Below are positions 1 through 12,100 of a DNA stretch of 64,000 nt, piece after piece; the stretch's first letter is position 1; the number at the start of each line of letters is the position of its first letter. The stretch lies in contig JAWQFM010000010.1 in assembly GCA_033442325.1 (NCBI GenBank), forward strand, positions 1,669,018 to 1,733,017. The letters are read 5' to 3'. The notes under the pieces are model-generated. The model had not been told where the DNA came from and made no database searches. It saw only the letters and a list, made by a program, of their open reading frames with translations. Source of the stretch: Salpingoeca rosetta. Taxonomy: Eukaryota; Protista; Choanoflagellata. Both the position numbers and the translations under genes were made by a program.

Positions 1-190
1 GCGTTTGGTGAATAGGGGGAAGGCAGCACAAGACATGTACGTATGCGTGTGTATGGGTGGGTGTGTAAGAGAGGGGGAGGGGTGCTGAAATTGCCAGGCG
101 CTGATCATAAGTCCTCACCCATGACGCACGCACACGCACACGCACACGCACACGCACACATACGCATACGCACACGTGCACGAGACGCAC

Positions 191-376
191 CGCATGATGG
201 TGAGCGTTGTCATGTCGAGGGTGACACGTGTGCCTTGCTTGAGCTTGCTGCGGTCCAGCTGCACCACAGGAAGAAAGACGAGAGAAGCCGAGAGAAAGAC
301 GAGAGAAGCCGAAAGAACGATCGAGCACCAACGTGTGTGAGCCTGTGGGACTGGGTGCAACCAAGCTTTGAACCGT

Positions 377-422
<46 letters not shown>

Positions 423-896
423 GACAAACCAACACAAACAAACACAACCAAACGAACAAACAAACACATGCAAACAAACACATATGGATACAACGTACCC
501 CTCGTCTGCATGCGACGACGTAGCGCGGTCCGCTGGACGCCTTGACAATGACTGTAGGTGCGATGTGATGAGTTGTTGTGCAGAGTGAGTGTGGAAAAGA
601 AGGGTAGTCTCAAAGCCAACACACGAGCAACCATTGCGGTCTGCATGCTATCAAACATGCGACAACAGGATCACTTGTGAGGCACGCACATTTCTCTTCA
701 TCCAGCTGCTTAAGCACTTCGCCAATGATCTGGTGCGTGAGCGAGACACGTGTGTGTGTGTGTGTGCCGGTGTAAGGGAGAGGAGATGAGGAAAGGGTGA
801 GGTAAGGGATCAAAGCAAAACACGCGTGCATTCAAATGTACACAAACATGCACACAAACAAGCAAAACATGCACACACACGCAAAGCAAAATACGC

Positions 897-935
<39 letters not shown>

Positions 936-1483
936 TACACACAAACATGCAAACATGCGCACACAGCGGTTTCTCTCGGTCCCCGCACCTGTCCAACGCT
1001 TTGCAACGTCTTGATTGCCTCCTCAGACTCATCGTACTGTTTGAGCAGTTCTTGGTGCTTCTCTTGGCCTGGCGATAGAAACAGGTTTCACAAGCAAGGG
1101 CGAGTCCCATTCGATCACAGCAACAAATGAGCCGTCGACAGGCCAAGCGACAACGACGGCAACCAACGCCAGCCTCACAATGTAAACACAACAGCAACTG
1201 TGGCGACATCATGGAAAGCCACGTTCACGTCACTTTTGCCGCACATACATACGCGCGCACAACCCGCAAGAGTGTGCATGTGTGTGCGCGTATATAACTG
1301 CCGCAGGCACACCCACATCAACACACACGCACACACACACACACACGCACGCGCACAGGCGCACACAGCTGCATTGTTTGCACGCCACGTACATGCACGA
1401 TATCTGGCGTCGAGCTCCTGGCGCTCCAGGAGATGCCGCCTGTAACGGCCGAGCGCCTGTTGTCGTGATGGGTCCATGGCCAT
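191..1483 (-). CDS. PSMC6: 26S proteasome AAA-ATPase subunit RPT4/10B, 5' exons (gene continues off the left edge)
   Basis: Spliced exons read MAMDPSRQQALGRYRRHLLERQELDARYRA / ...LLKQYDESEEAIKTLQSVGQ / IIGEVLKQLDEEK / (F)IVKASSGPRYVVACRR / LDRSKLKQGTRVTLDMTTLTIMR (191-258). This matches the RPT4 coiled-coil and OB-fold motifs. Confidence 0.92.
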
Positions 1484-1979
1484 GACCGCGCTGGATACAA
1501 CGAACGATGTCGTGTCAAGGTGTTGCTGGCACCGGGGAACGCGCAGGAAGGTGAAGCGTCTGCACAGAGACAGAGAAGAAGGAAGGGGCTGCTCAGCTCA
1601 GGTCTGGCGTGTCGTCCGTTTGGTGGTTGCTTCGTTCTTGTTCTCTTTGTCGTTGTTGGTTGGTTGCTTGTCGGTTTTTTTGTGCAGAGTGAAGGGAAAA
1701 TTGATAAGCATCATTGCAAACAATCGTCGGTTTCAGGCAAGGGAGGAGAAAGGAAGAAAGGCAGCAATCGATCGCTGTCATCATCATCAATCATCCATCC
1801 ACCAGCCGCCACTGACCGACCCTTCTGTCTGTTGACCTCGCCTTTTGTGAGCGCACAACAACCATTGATCCTTCATCGAGGATGGCCTTGCCTGTGTCAA
1901 AGGCAGCCGGAAGCGCTGCGCGTCGCGCTTCAACGATTGCGCGTCACATGTCTGTTGTTCCCGATCTCCTTGCGGGTGG

Positions 1980-3072
1980 ATGGGCAATGAAACGCATCCC
2001 AAAGGTACCATTGGAACAAATGTAAACAAAAAGGTTGAGGCTGTGTGCGGTTGTGGTGGTGGGTTCTGTGTGTGTATGTGCGGTTGTGGTGGTGGGTTCT
2101 GTGTGTGTATGTGCGGTTGTGGTGGTGGGTTCTGTGTGTGTCTGTGTCTGTGTCTGTTTTTGTCTGTGTCTGTTTCTGTGTATGTTTCTGTTTGTATCTG
2201 TGTGCAGTGTGATCTGGAGTTGAGGAACATTGTCGTCACACCACGCACACCCCACACACTCCATCCTCATGCCTTTGACTTGCAAAGCTCACCTCCCACC
2301 ATCATCGTGCTTCGCGACACTCCACTCACACGGCCAGGTCCCGGACGACCATGTGCTCCCCGAGCGGAGTCTCAAGGGGAAAACCTTGGTACGCTTGCAC
2401 GCTGCCCTCAACTGTGCTGCTGCGCTTGACGTTGCTTGCTGCTTGTTGTGTCACATCACGGCAGTGGAGCAACCCACTCTGCATCAACACAACTCTGCTC
2501 CTCCCCCTCCTCCTCCTCCTCCTCCTTCTCCATCTTCTCCTCCTTCTTCCCCGCTTTGAAGCACGTCCTCTCAGCCTCACATTGAAACGGCCCTTCTCGT
2601 TCCCATCAGTTTGTCACTGGAGCCAGTCGGGGTATTGGCTTGGCAATTGCCCTGCGTGCGGCCCAGGACGGCGCCAACGTGGTAATGTCATCGCTCCTGT
2701 GTTTTGCCGCTGTGCCACTGTGAAGGTGTGTGCGCAGGGCCGGATATGCTGTTCACAGTGATCTCGGGCACCATTCGCTCATACCTGCGCCTTTTGTGCC
2801 TGCCTGTGCTTGGTTGCGTACATGGTTTTTTTTGTTTGCTTCATGTTCTGCTTGCAGGCAATCGCTGCCAAGACAGTGGAGCCGCACCCTGCGCTTCCAG
2901 GCACTATTTACACCGCAGCAGAGGATATCGAGAAGGCGGGCGGGCAGGCGCTGCCAGTCCAATGTACGTGTTGCGTGCTGTCTGTGTGTGTGCTGTCTGT
3001 GTGTGTGTGTGTGTGCGAGGTGTGCTTTTATGTGCTTGTTTGTGAGTTTGTTTGTTTGTGTGTGTGTGTGTG

Positions 3073-3107
<35 letters not shown>

Positions 3108-5297
3108 GTGTGTGTTTTGGTACTCGTGGATCGTGCGCGTCAGCGAGGAGCCGCGTTGGTACTCATGACATGACATGCTTCATACTGTGTGACACAGGCG
3201 ACATTCGGTCTGAGGACAGCGTGCGCGCAGCTATTGACGCGACGGTGGACAAGTTTGGCGGTATCGACATTCTCGTCAACAACGCCAGCGCCATTAACAC
3301 ATCAGGTGGGCAGTCGATCATAATGTGTGTGTGTCTATGTGTGTCTGTGTGTCTGTGTACCTTTGTCTGTGATTGTTTATGTCTGTGTTTGACGCTTTCT
3401 CGCGACTATCTATGCCACGCACCGTGTCCACACCAATTGCATGTGTACACGCTTGGCCCACATGCACCGCAACTCACACGCACGCACGCACACATACACT
3501 CACACACATACACTCACACGCACGTACGCACGCATGAACACACACACACTCACTCGCACACACGATGACAGACACTGAATCTGTTGAGATGAAGCGGTAT
3601 GATCTGATGCACACCATCAACGAGCGTGGCACATTCATGTGCACAAAGCTCTGTCTCCCACACCTCAAGAAGGTGCAGTACACTGGTGCACGCATGCAAG
3701 ATTTAGGTGGCATAGCCATCCACACAGCTGTGCTGCCGTGTCTGTTTGCGTGCATCTGCGCGGGTGTGTGCGAACGCCTGATCCACAATCCGCTCCCCCC
3801 CCCCCTAAATCTTTGTGTCATTTGTTTGTCTGCCTGGCCGATGGTGTTCACGTGAACATTCGCACGCGTGACTCACTTGCTTCTCTTCCACCACGGGTTT
3901 TGGGTTTTGTTTGATTGCACGACAGAGCGACAATGCGCATGTGCTGACGCTGGCGCCTCCGCTCTTCAACCTGGATGAGAAATGGTGCCACCACACCCGT
4001 GCATGCACCTGCACACTGCTCCCAAATGCTTTGCATCTTGTGATGGCAGCATTTGCATGATTGGACAAGCTCATACTCCCATGCCATGGTGCAAGTGCCT
4101 GTTGTGCGCACGCATATCCCTCACATTACCAACCGTCACCACTCCGTCACAGGTTCCAGCACCACACCGCATACACCACGTCCAAGTATGGTATGGCCAT
4201 GTGTGTCCTCGGACACAGCGGTGAGTTTGCACCTGCTTGTGTGTGTATTGAGTGTGTATTGTGTGTGTGTGTGTGTGTATTGTGTGTATTGTGTGTGTGT
4301 GTGTGTTTATGTGGCGTCTTTGATTTCGCCAGCCATGATGCTGCGCTGTAGTACACTGCCCTGCTGTTTCTCACGTGTTGATTGATGATGACAACAGCGG
4401 AATTCCGGCCCTTTAACATCGGCGTCAACGCCCTTTGGCCACGGTAACACACGCGCCTGCCGCAGTCTGTGTGTGTGTGTGTGTGTGTGTGTCCGTGTGT
4501 GTCCGTGTGTGTGCGCGCGCTTTTGTTTGCTGCCACCAAATCGCGCGTGGCGCAACTATTGTGTGGGGGGCGGTGTCATACATGCACGCTTACACGCACA
4601 CGCTCGTCACCTCTCCGGCCATATATGCAGGACGACGATTGCCACCGCTGCGCTGCAGAATGTGCTCGGTGGTGATGCAATGATGAAGATGTAGGTCTCT
4701 GTGTCTATATGTGTATGTGTATGTGTCTGTGTCTGTGTGTGTGTGTGTCTGTGTGTGTGCGTGTGTGTGTGTGTGTGTAATGTCGTGGAGTATCGTGTAG
4801 TGTGAAACATGCCTTGAAAACTTTTTCTCTTCTCTGTGCACAAACGTTGTGTAGTCCGTCCCCCACCCACTCACCCACACCTTCCATCTTTCTGGTGTGA
4901 TTCGCGGCCACCGCAACAGTGCGCGCAAGCCGGAGATTATGGCGGACGCAGCCCACTTTATCCTGACGCGTCGCAGCGACAAGTGCACGGGCAACTTCTT
5001 TGTTGACGACGAAGTGCTTGCATCCGAGGTAAGCTTGGCATTTGGTTTCTTGCTTGTTTGTGTGTTGTGTGTGTGTATGTGTTGTGTGTGTGTGTATGTG
5101 TGTGTTGTGTGTGAGGAGGGACAGGCGGGTGATTAGGGAAGTGCCATCATGTCTCACCACTTCCTGCACACCTTTGCACACACCACACGCACACATCGAC
5201 TGCTGCTGCTGCTCTGTAGGGTGTGCGTGATCTCCAGAAGTACAAGGTGGATCCAACACTGCCCGACAGTGAACTCTGCCCAGACTTTTTCGTCTGA
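1980..5297 (+). CDS. HSDL2: HSDL2-like short-chain dehydrogenase/reductase (multi-exon, no SCP2 domain)
   Basis: Exons give LKGKTL-FVTGASRGIGLAIALRAAQDGANV, AAKTVEPHPALPGTIYTAAEDIE, FGGIDILVNNASAI, catalytic YTTSK, VNALWPRTTIATAA, RKPEIMADAA, CTGNFFVDDEVL and PDFFV* (TGA 5295-5297). The start exon at 1980 is tentative. Confidence 0.88.
2043..2140. repeat. 33-bp tandem minisatellite, about 3 copies, intronic
   Basis: The unit gtgtgtatgtgcggttgtggtggtgggttctgt is repeated directly. Confidence 0.8.
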
Positions 5298-6196
5298 TGG
5301 AACCCACGTTGCATTGAGTGCAGGGTTTCTGCTTCTTTCAGTCATGATCTCTTCTGTTCTTCTTCTGTTGTTCTGTTGTTCTGTTGTTCTGTTGTTCTGT
5401 TCTTTCGCTCCTCTCTTCTCATCACAACAACAACAACAAACACACAAACAAAACAAAACAAACAAACAAACAAACAAACACACAAACACAAGCAAACAAA
5501 CAAGCAAACAAAACAAACAAAACGCCCGCCGTGACCGTGTATTCCACGTAGTTTCCCACAGCTTTGCTGGTGAAGATTTCCGTGAATTCTGCAAGAAACG
5601 AAGAAAAATTAGCTCGCTCTCTGCGGCACTTACAGGCACTTCCACTGTCCTCCAACAGTCCCCACCATAATTTCACCACACCAAACCTTCGGCATTTTGC
5701 AACCAGCGACGCCCTCCCCCCCCCCTCCACACACACACACACACCCTGCCAAGAGTTTCCGCCCCCTTCTTCCCACCCCCTTACACAACGTGTGCCCTCT
5801 ATTGTTTTGCATTGCCACTGTAATAGCAGCAGAGGAGCCACAGCGGTGGTGGCTTTCGTTTCGTTGGCACAGCACTCACAGCAGCAGTCCATTTCGCTTC
5901 ATTTCATTTTCCACCTCCCTTACTCCACTGGGACCACCACTACAAGCCCCACGGTACAAGACAACCAGACCCAGAGAACCTGGCTTGCGCTCTGCGTTTG
6001 TGTGCTGTTTGTACTTCCTTCTCATGCTCCCCTCAGAATCCCCTCCCCCTCCTTCTGTGCGTTTGTGTTTAGCGCCCTCCCTTCGTTCCTGCCTTCGCGC
6101 CTTTCACTCACGGACTCACGGTATCTCCCTCTCCACGACACTTGCACCGGTTTGCTCTCGTGCTTCAGGTCAACAAAGACAAACGCCTCGCCAGCA

Positions 6197-9100
6197 ATGC
6201 ACACCAAAACGCACGCGCTACTGCGTCGGCGTCGCGGTGTGGTTGCCTCCGCGCCGTCCGCCTCAGCAGGCTCAACAGACTGCCTGCGTTCACGAGCAAC
6301 ACCACGAGCTCTTCAGCAACAAGCGCAAGTGCAAGCACAAGCACGACGCTGCAGTCGCGGAGGCCTTGTGCCACCAGCAGCGGCCACGCAGCGGGCGGTC
6401 CCGCCACTGCGACGGGGCGGCTTCCTTTGCTTCGCGTTGCTGCTGCTGCACGCGTGCTTGCAGGCTTTGTCCAACACCGGAGTGCTGGCGCAGGCGACGC
6501 TGCAAGACTGCACATGCGCCACGCAGTGGACAACCGCAGGCTCGGGATGCTCTGAAACCATCCGGATTGCAGGCTGCGGGCTTGTCGAGCCGTGCGGCGG
6601 ACCAACACCCTCCTTTCCCACCGGCTATCCCTACCCTCCGAACACCCACTTCTCCTCCTGGTGCAAGCTCGCGGCTTCCTGCGGCGCGTTTGGCTCATTT
6701 GACTACTGCGACCCGAGCGAAGGCGTCGATCTCTCAGGTCGCGGCATCGCAAGCGTCTCCAACTTTCGTTTCGGCCCAAACGTCACCGACATTGACCTCT
6801 CCAACAACCCCATCGACGACGCTTCGCTTTGCGACGCCCACTGGCCACCCTTTCTCGCCACCATTGACCTCAGCAACACAAACCTGAAGAATCTCTCCTG
6901 CCTCGCTGCGCTCCCTGCCGGCGTGTCCATCGACATCTCCGGCAACCCCTTGGGCAACGAGCGGCTTTGCTCTGCGCGCTGGCCAGACACCTTGACCACC
7001 CTCACCATCCAAGACGCAAACATCACCGACGCCGACATCGCCGCCTGCTTTGTGCACACCGCCAAGTCGGCACTCCCCAATGCCACCGACAAGTTGGACC
7101 TGTCATACAACGGCATCACGCAGTTTGCGGACGGCGCTTTCCCGCAGGAGCTGCGTGATCTCTCTCTCGCACACAACGCTCTCACAACCCTCAGCGGCCA
7201 CAACTGGAAGCAAACAAGCATCACACACCTTCGGCTCAACGGCAACAAAATCTCATCCGTGGTCAACAACTCCTTCCCGGCGGGGCTTCGCAACCTGTAC
7301 CTGAACGACAACGCCATCACCGCGCTGAGCTCTTCGCCCAACCTCTGGCCGCCCGGCCTCGCAGACCTCTTCCTCAGCGACAACAGCATCACGTCAATTG
7401 CCGGGCAGACATGGCCCGTCAACATCACCAGGCTGACCCTGTCCAACAACCTTCTCATGTCCATCGACAATCAGACGTGGCCAACAAGGCTTCAGGCCCT
7501 CACCCTTTACAGCAACGCCATCACGTCCGTGCAGGCTCAAACATGGCCGCCAACAATCACCTTGCTGCGCTTGGACGACAACAGGCTCACTTCCATCGCT
7601 GGTCAGACATGGCCGTCCGCCTTGCAGGAGCTACAGCTCTTCAGCAACAATATCGAAGCGCTTGAAGGACAGGTCTGGCCGGCGAACTTGGCATACTTGA
7701 ATGTTGAAAACAACCGCATCGACCGCTTGCAGGGCCACGTCTTTCCTGACACGCTTCTGTACCTCTACGCCCGCCGCAACAACATCACCAGCGTCGTCAA
7801 CAACACATGGCCGGCGCACGTGGAGCAGCTGTGGCTCGGGTACAACAACATCACCTTTATCGACACGTTGCCAGCAAGCGCAACCGACATTCGGCTCAAC
7901 AACAACCGCATTTCCTCCGTCCACGGCCTCACCTGGCCAGCAAACCTCGACACCCTGTATCTGTCCTACAATCCACTGTCGTCTGTGGACGGCCAAGTGT
8001 GGCCAACCACCCTCGCCCGTCTTGAGCTGGAACACACCCAGATCACCAGCATCAGCAACCAGGTGTTCCCAGACTCCCTCATCTACCTCTACGCGCAGCA
8101 CAGCAACATCAACAGTATTTCCAACGTCACGTGGCCGTCTGCCATGGTGGATGCCTGGTTCAGCTTCAACAACATCGCAACCGTCGATGCCTGGCCCGCC
8201 AGCGTGCAGAGGATCAGGCTGGATGGCAACCGCATCACAAGCATTGATGATGTGCTGTCAGCATGGCCCGCCGACCTCTACTACCTTGACCTTGACTTCA
8301 ACCAACTGCAGCACATCCACAGCCAGGCGTTCCCAGACTCGTTGCTGTACCTCTATGTCAGCAGCAACAACCTCACCAGCGTCACCAACGTGACCTGGCC
8401 AGCGGCCATGCAGGAGATCGCCTTAAGCAACAACTCCCTCACGTCTACTGCTGTCAACAGTTTCCCTGCCACGGTGTCATCCCTACGACTCGACCGCAAC
8501 CGCTTCCAGCAAGTCCCTGCCGCACCGTTACCTGCAGGCTTGACCGGCCTGACGCTTGCGTGGAACAGCATCACCTCCATCGCAAACCAGTCGTGGCCAC
8601 CCACCCTCACCACGCTCGACCTCTCTCGCAACAACATCGCCAGCATCGACGGGCAGCAGTGGTCGTCCGCCATGTCACTGCTGATCCTCAGCCACAACGC
8701 CATCGCCAGCCTTGCGGGGCAGGCCTGGCCGCCCGCCTTGGAGCAGCTTGACCTCCAGGCCAACAACATCTCAGATGTCTCCAACCCGACGTGGCCCGCA
8801 ACGCTTTTCGGCCTTTTTCTGCAGCACAACCGCATCACCTCCCTTGACAATGTCGCCTTGCCTAGCAATGTTGAAAGCGTGAACCTCTTCAACAACAGCA
8901 TCACCAGCATCCCAGCCAACGTGAGCTGGCCCCCTGCTGCAGAAAACATCTATCTGCAAGACAACGCAATCACCGCCATTGGCGAGCAGCATCACTGGCC
9001 ACCGTCCCTCATGGATCTTTTCCTGCACAGAAACAGCATTCGCCAGGTCGACCACCTTGTGTGGCCTTCCACCCTGAGGCGCTTGAGCTTGGCAAACAAC

Positions 9101-12100
9101 TCCATCGCCACCGTCACGACGCCCTGGCCAGAAGAGCTGACGCTGCTCTACCTTGCAGGGAACGTGCTCAGCACTTTTGACCATCATGTGTGGCCACAGT
9201 CACTGCGCTTCCTGACCCTGGACAACAACAACCTCACGTCAGTGCGCAACCAGACATGGCCGCCGACCCTTGAGTTTCTTTCGCTCACAAACAACACGCT
9301 GGGGTTTGACGGCATCTACAACCAGTCCTGGCCGCAAACCCTCACGCAGCTCTTCCTTGACGGTACAGGCATCGGCGACATCTCCACCCAGCGCTGGCCT
9401 TACACCCTGACCACGCTCCGGCTTGACCGCAACAACATTTCCAACCTGTCTGGCCAGCAGTGGCCGCGCTCGCTGTCTGAGCTGACGCTCTCCTTCAACG
9501 CCATTGCAGACATTTCCACCCAGGTGTGGCCAGACACGCTGACCGCGCTGCTCCTCGACAACAACCGCATCAGCACTCTTGACGGGGTGTCCTGGCCACG
9601 CTCGTTGAAGCTGCTTCACCTGCACAATAACACCATCGCGCGGCTGGGCCCCCAGGTGTGGCCTTTGCGTCTGGACCTCTTGCGGCTGGAGAACAACAAC
9701 CTGACCCAGGTGTCGGTGCAGCAGTGGCCGCAGACGCTTCGGCGCCTGTCACTGGGCTACAACTCCATCCGCACGCTTCCAATCATGTCCTGGCCAGGTT
9801 CTCTCGAGTTGCTGGATCTCGCTGACAATGCATTGACCCGCCTGGGTCAACAGCTTTGGCCCAGCAGCCTGCGCAACCTCCTGCTCGCCAACAACAGCCT
9901 CCCGACGATCGACGATCAAGTGTTCCCACCACAGCTCGAAACACTCTTCCTGCACAATAACCTTCTCACCAGCCTGCCCTCTGCTCCTGGGTTCTGGCCC
10001 GCGGACTTGCGCGTTCTGTCGCTGCCGCATAACTACATCACAAGCATTGACGGACAGCACTGGCCGATGAGACTGCAGAGTCTTCATCTGCAGAACAACT
10101 CCTTCGCCAGCATCGACGACCAGCAGTGGCCCCCACACCTGGAGGATTTGAGCCTGGAGCAGAACGGCATCACGTCCATTGCCAACCAGCAGTGGCCAGC
10201 CACCCTTCGCACCCTCTGGCTCCACAACAACCCACTCGGCAGCATCCAAGGACAGCAGTGGCCCGCAGGTCTGAAGCTGTTACACCTCCAGGCAACCGAC
10301 ATCGACGACATTGAGTCCCAGCAGTGGCCCGAGTCTCTTGAAGAGTTGCACCTGGGCGGCAATGCGATTTGCGATATTGCAACGCAGACTTGGCCATCCA
10401 CACTTCGCATCCTGTCATTGAGCGACAACTGCATCAGCGACATTGAGAACCAGGCGTGGCCGCGCAACTTGGAGGAGCTCACGATCGACGGTAACCGCAT
10501 TTCCACCATCCGCACACAGGTCTGGCCTGCGTCGCTGGAGACGCTGTCCCTTTCCGAGAACTTTATTCAAGACATTGAGGGGCAAGTTTGGCCAGAGCGC
10601 CTGTTGCGGTTCTACTTTGCACAAAACCTCCTCACCAGCCTCGTTGGTCAGACATGGCCGGAGGGCTTGCTGCTGCTGGCGCTGTACGACAACGCCATTA
10701 CGCAACTGGGCGTTCAACACTGGCCCGAGACGCTGGTTGATCTGAACCTCAACGCAAACGCGCTGACGACCGTTGATGATCAAACGTGGCCCGCCAGCCT
10801 TCGCAAGCTTAGCCTGAACGACAACATGTTGCAGCGCTTCAACGCAGACACTTTGCCGCGTGCGCTAGAGAGGCTGGGGCTCGCAAACAACCGCATCACC
10901 AGCATCGACAGCACACGATGGCCAAACCAGCTGCGCATTCTCTCCTTGGAATCGAACCTGATCACGGACATATCCCAGCAAGAGTGGCCGTCTGCGCAAC
11001 CCCTCACCCTTCGACTCAGCGACAACCGTATCACCAGCATCAGCAGCGTGACCTGGCCCCCCTTTCTAACTGGGCTCGGCCTTGACGGCAACGAGATTAC
11101 GAGCATCAAGGGCCAAGCGTGGCCTTCGCAGCTGGTTGTGCTTTACTTGCACAACAACCTGATTGACAGCACCAGCAACCAGGCCTGGCCCGCCACCATA
11201 CGGGTCCTTACCCTTGGAGGGAACCGCCTGACCACCGTGGCGAATCAGCGCTGGCCGATTGCGCTTGAACAGTTGCGATTGGACAACAACGCCATTTCCG
11301 TCATTGGTCGCCAGGCGTGGCCCCCAGGCTTGGTTGACTTGCGGCTCGGTCGCAACGCAATCACCTTCAATGACACGGACAGCCGCGCTGCTTTTCGAAA
11401 CGCCACTTCCCTGCTTGTGCTGGACTTGTCGTCGAACGACATCCAGAGCCTGGATGGCGTTGTGCTGCCACCCTCGCTGCAGCAACTTGCGCTCACGAAT
11501 AACAGGCTTGGTAACCTCTCTCAGCACGTGCAGTGGCCCACGCAGCTCAGCCTCCTCATCCTGGACGCCAACCCGTGGGATGCGCTGATTCAAGGTCGAG
11601 CCAAGGCAAGGCTGCGTACCGGACAGGCTATCACCGCGCTCACCCACAACCTGCCGTGCAGCCTGGAGGAGCTCAGCATCAACCACGGTGCGCAGCCGTG
11701 GAACTGCACGCGCGAGGCCGTTCCCGCGGATGATTGTGATGACCTACGGCTGGCAGCTGGCGTCTGCACGGCTGATGGCATTGACGGTGCATGCGTGATC
11801 AGAAACACCACCTCTGCCACGACATCTCCCACGATGAACGGCACGGGTGGTGCACAACAGCAGGAACAGTACATCTGGACGTGCCGGCTGACAGAGGACG
11901 GCGAAGCCATTTTGAAAGCCCAGGATGTGGTGCGGACCGACACCTCCCAGCAAGCTGAATCTCGAACCAACGCGTTTTACGGCGTGATCGCTGGCGTGTG
12001 TGGCGGAGCTGCCGTGCTGCTCTTCTGGCTGTTCCGAAAGCAAGCAACGAAGCTGTGGATGCTGCTGGTAATTATCTCGCTGTTTGACATGTGCACGGAC

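Noticed and set aside
3075-3105. (GTCT)n intronic repeats as Smad-binding-element arrays for the MH1-like protein
   Set aside because: They are ubiquitous derivatives of (GT)n microsatellites, and nothing in the sequence links them to the factor. Worth revisiting only if SELEX returns GTCT.
5564-6196. N-terminal 211 codons of the 2501-aa ORF-track entry
   Set aside because: It starts at a non-ATG codon and runs through promoter/UTR-like pyrimidine- and CA-rich DNA. The first in-frame ATG is at 6197.
6727-11690. 66-bp periodicity as a CRISPR-like or cassette array
   Set aside because: The repeats are in-frame protein repeats diverged at synonymous sites, with no constant DNA repeat and spacer structure, in a eukaryotic context.
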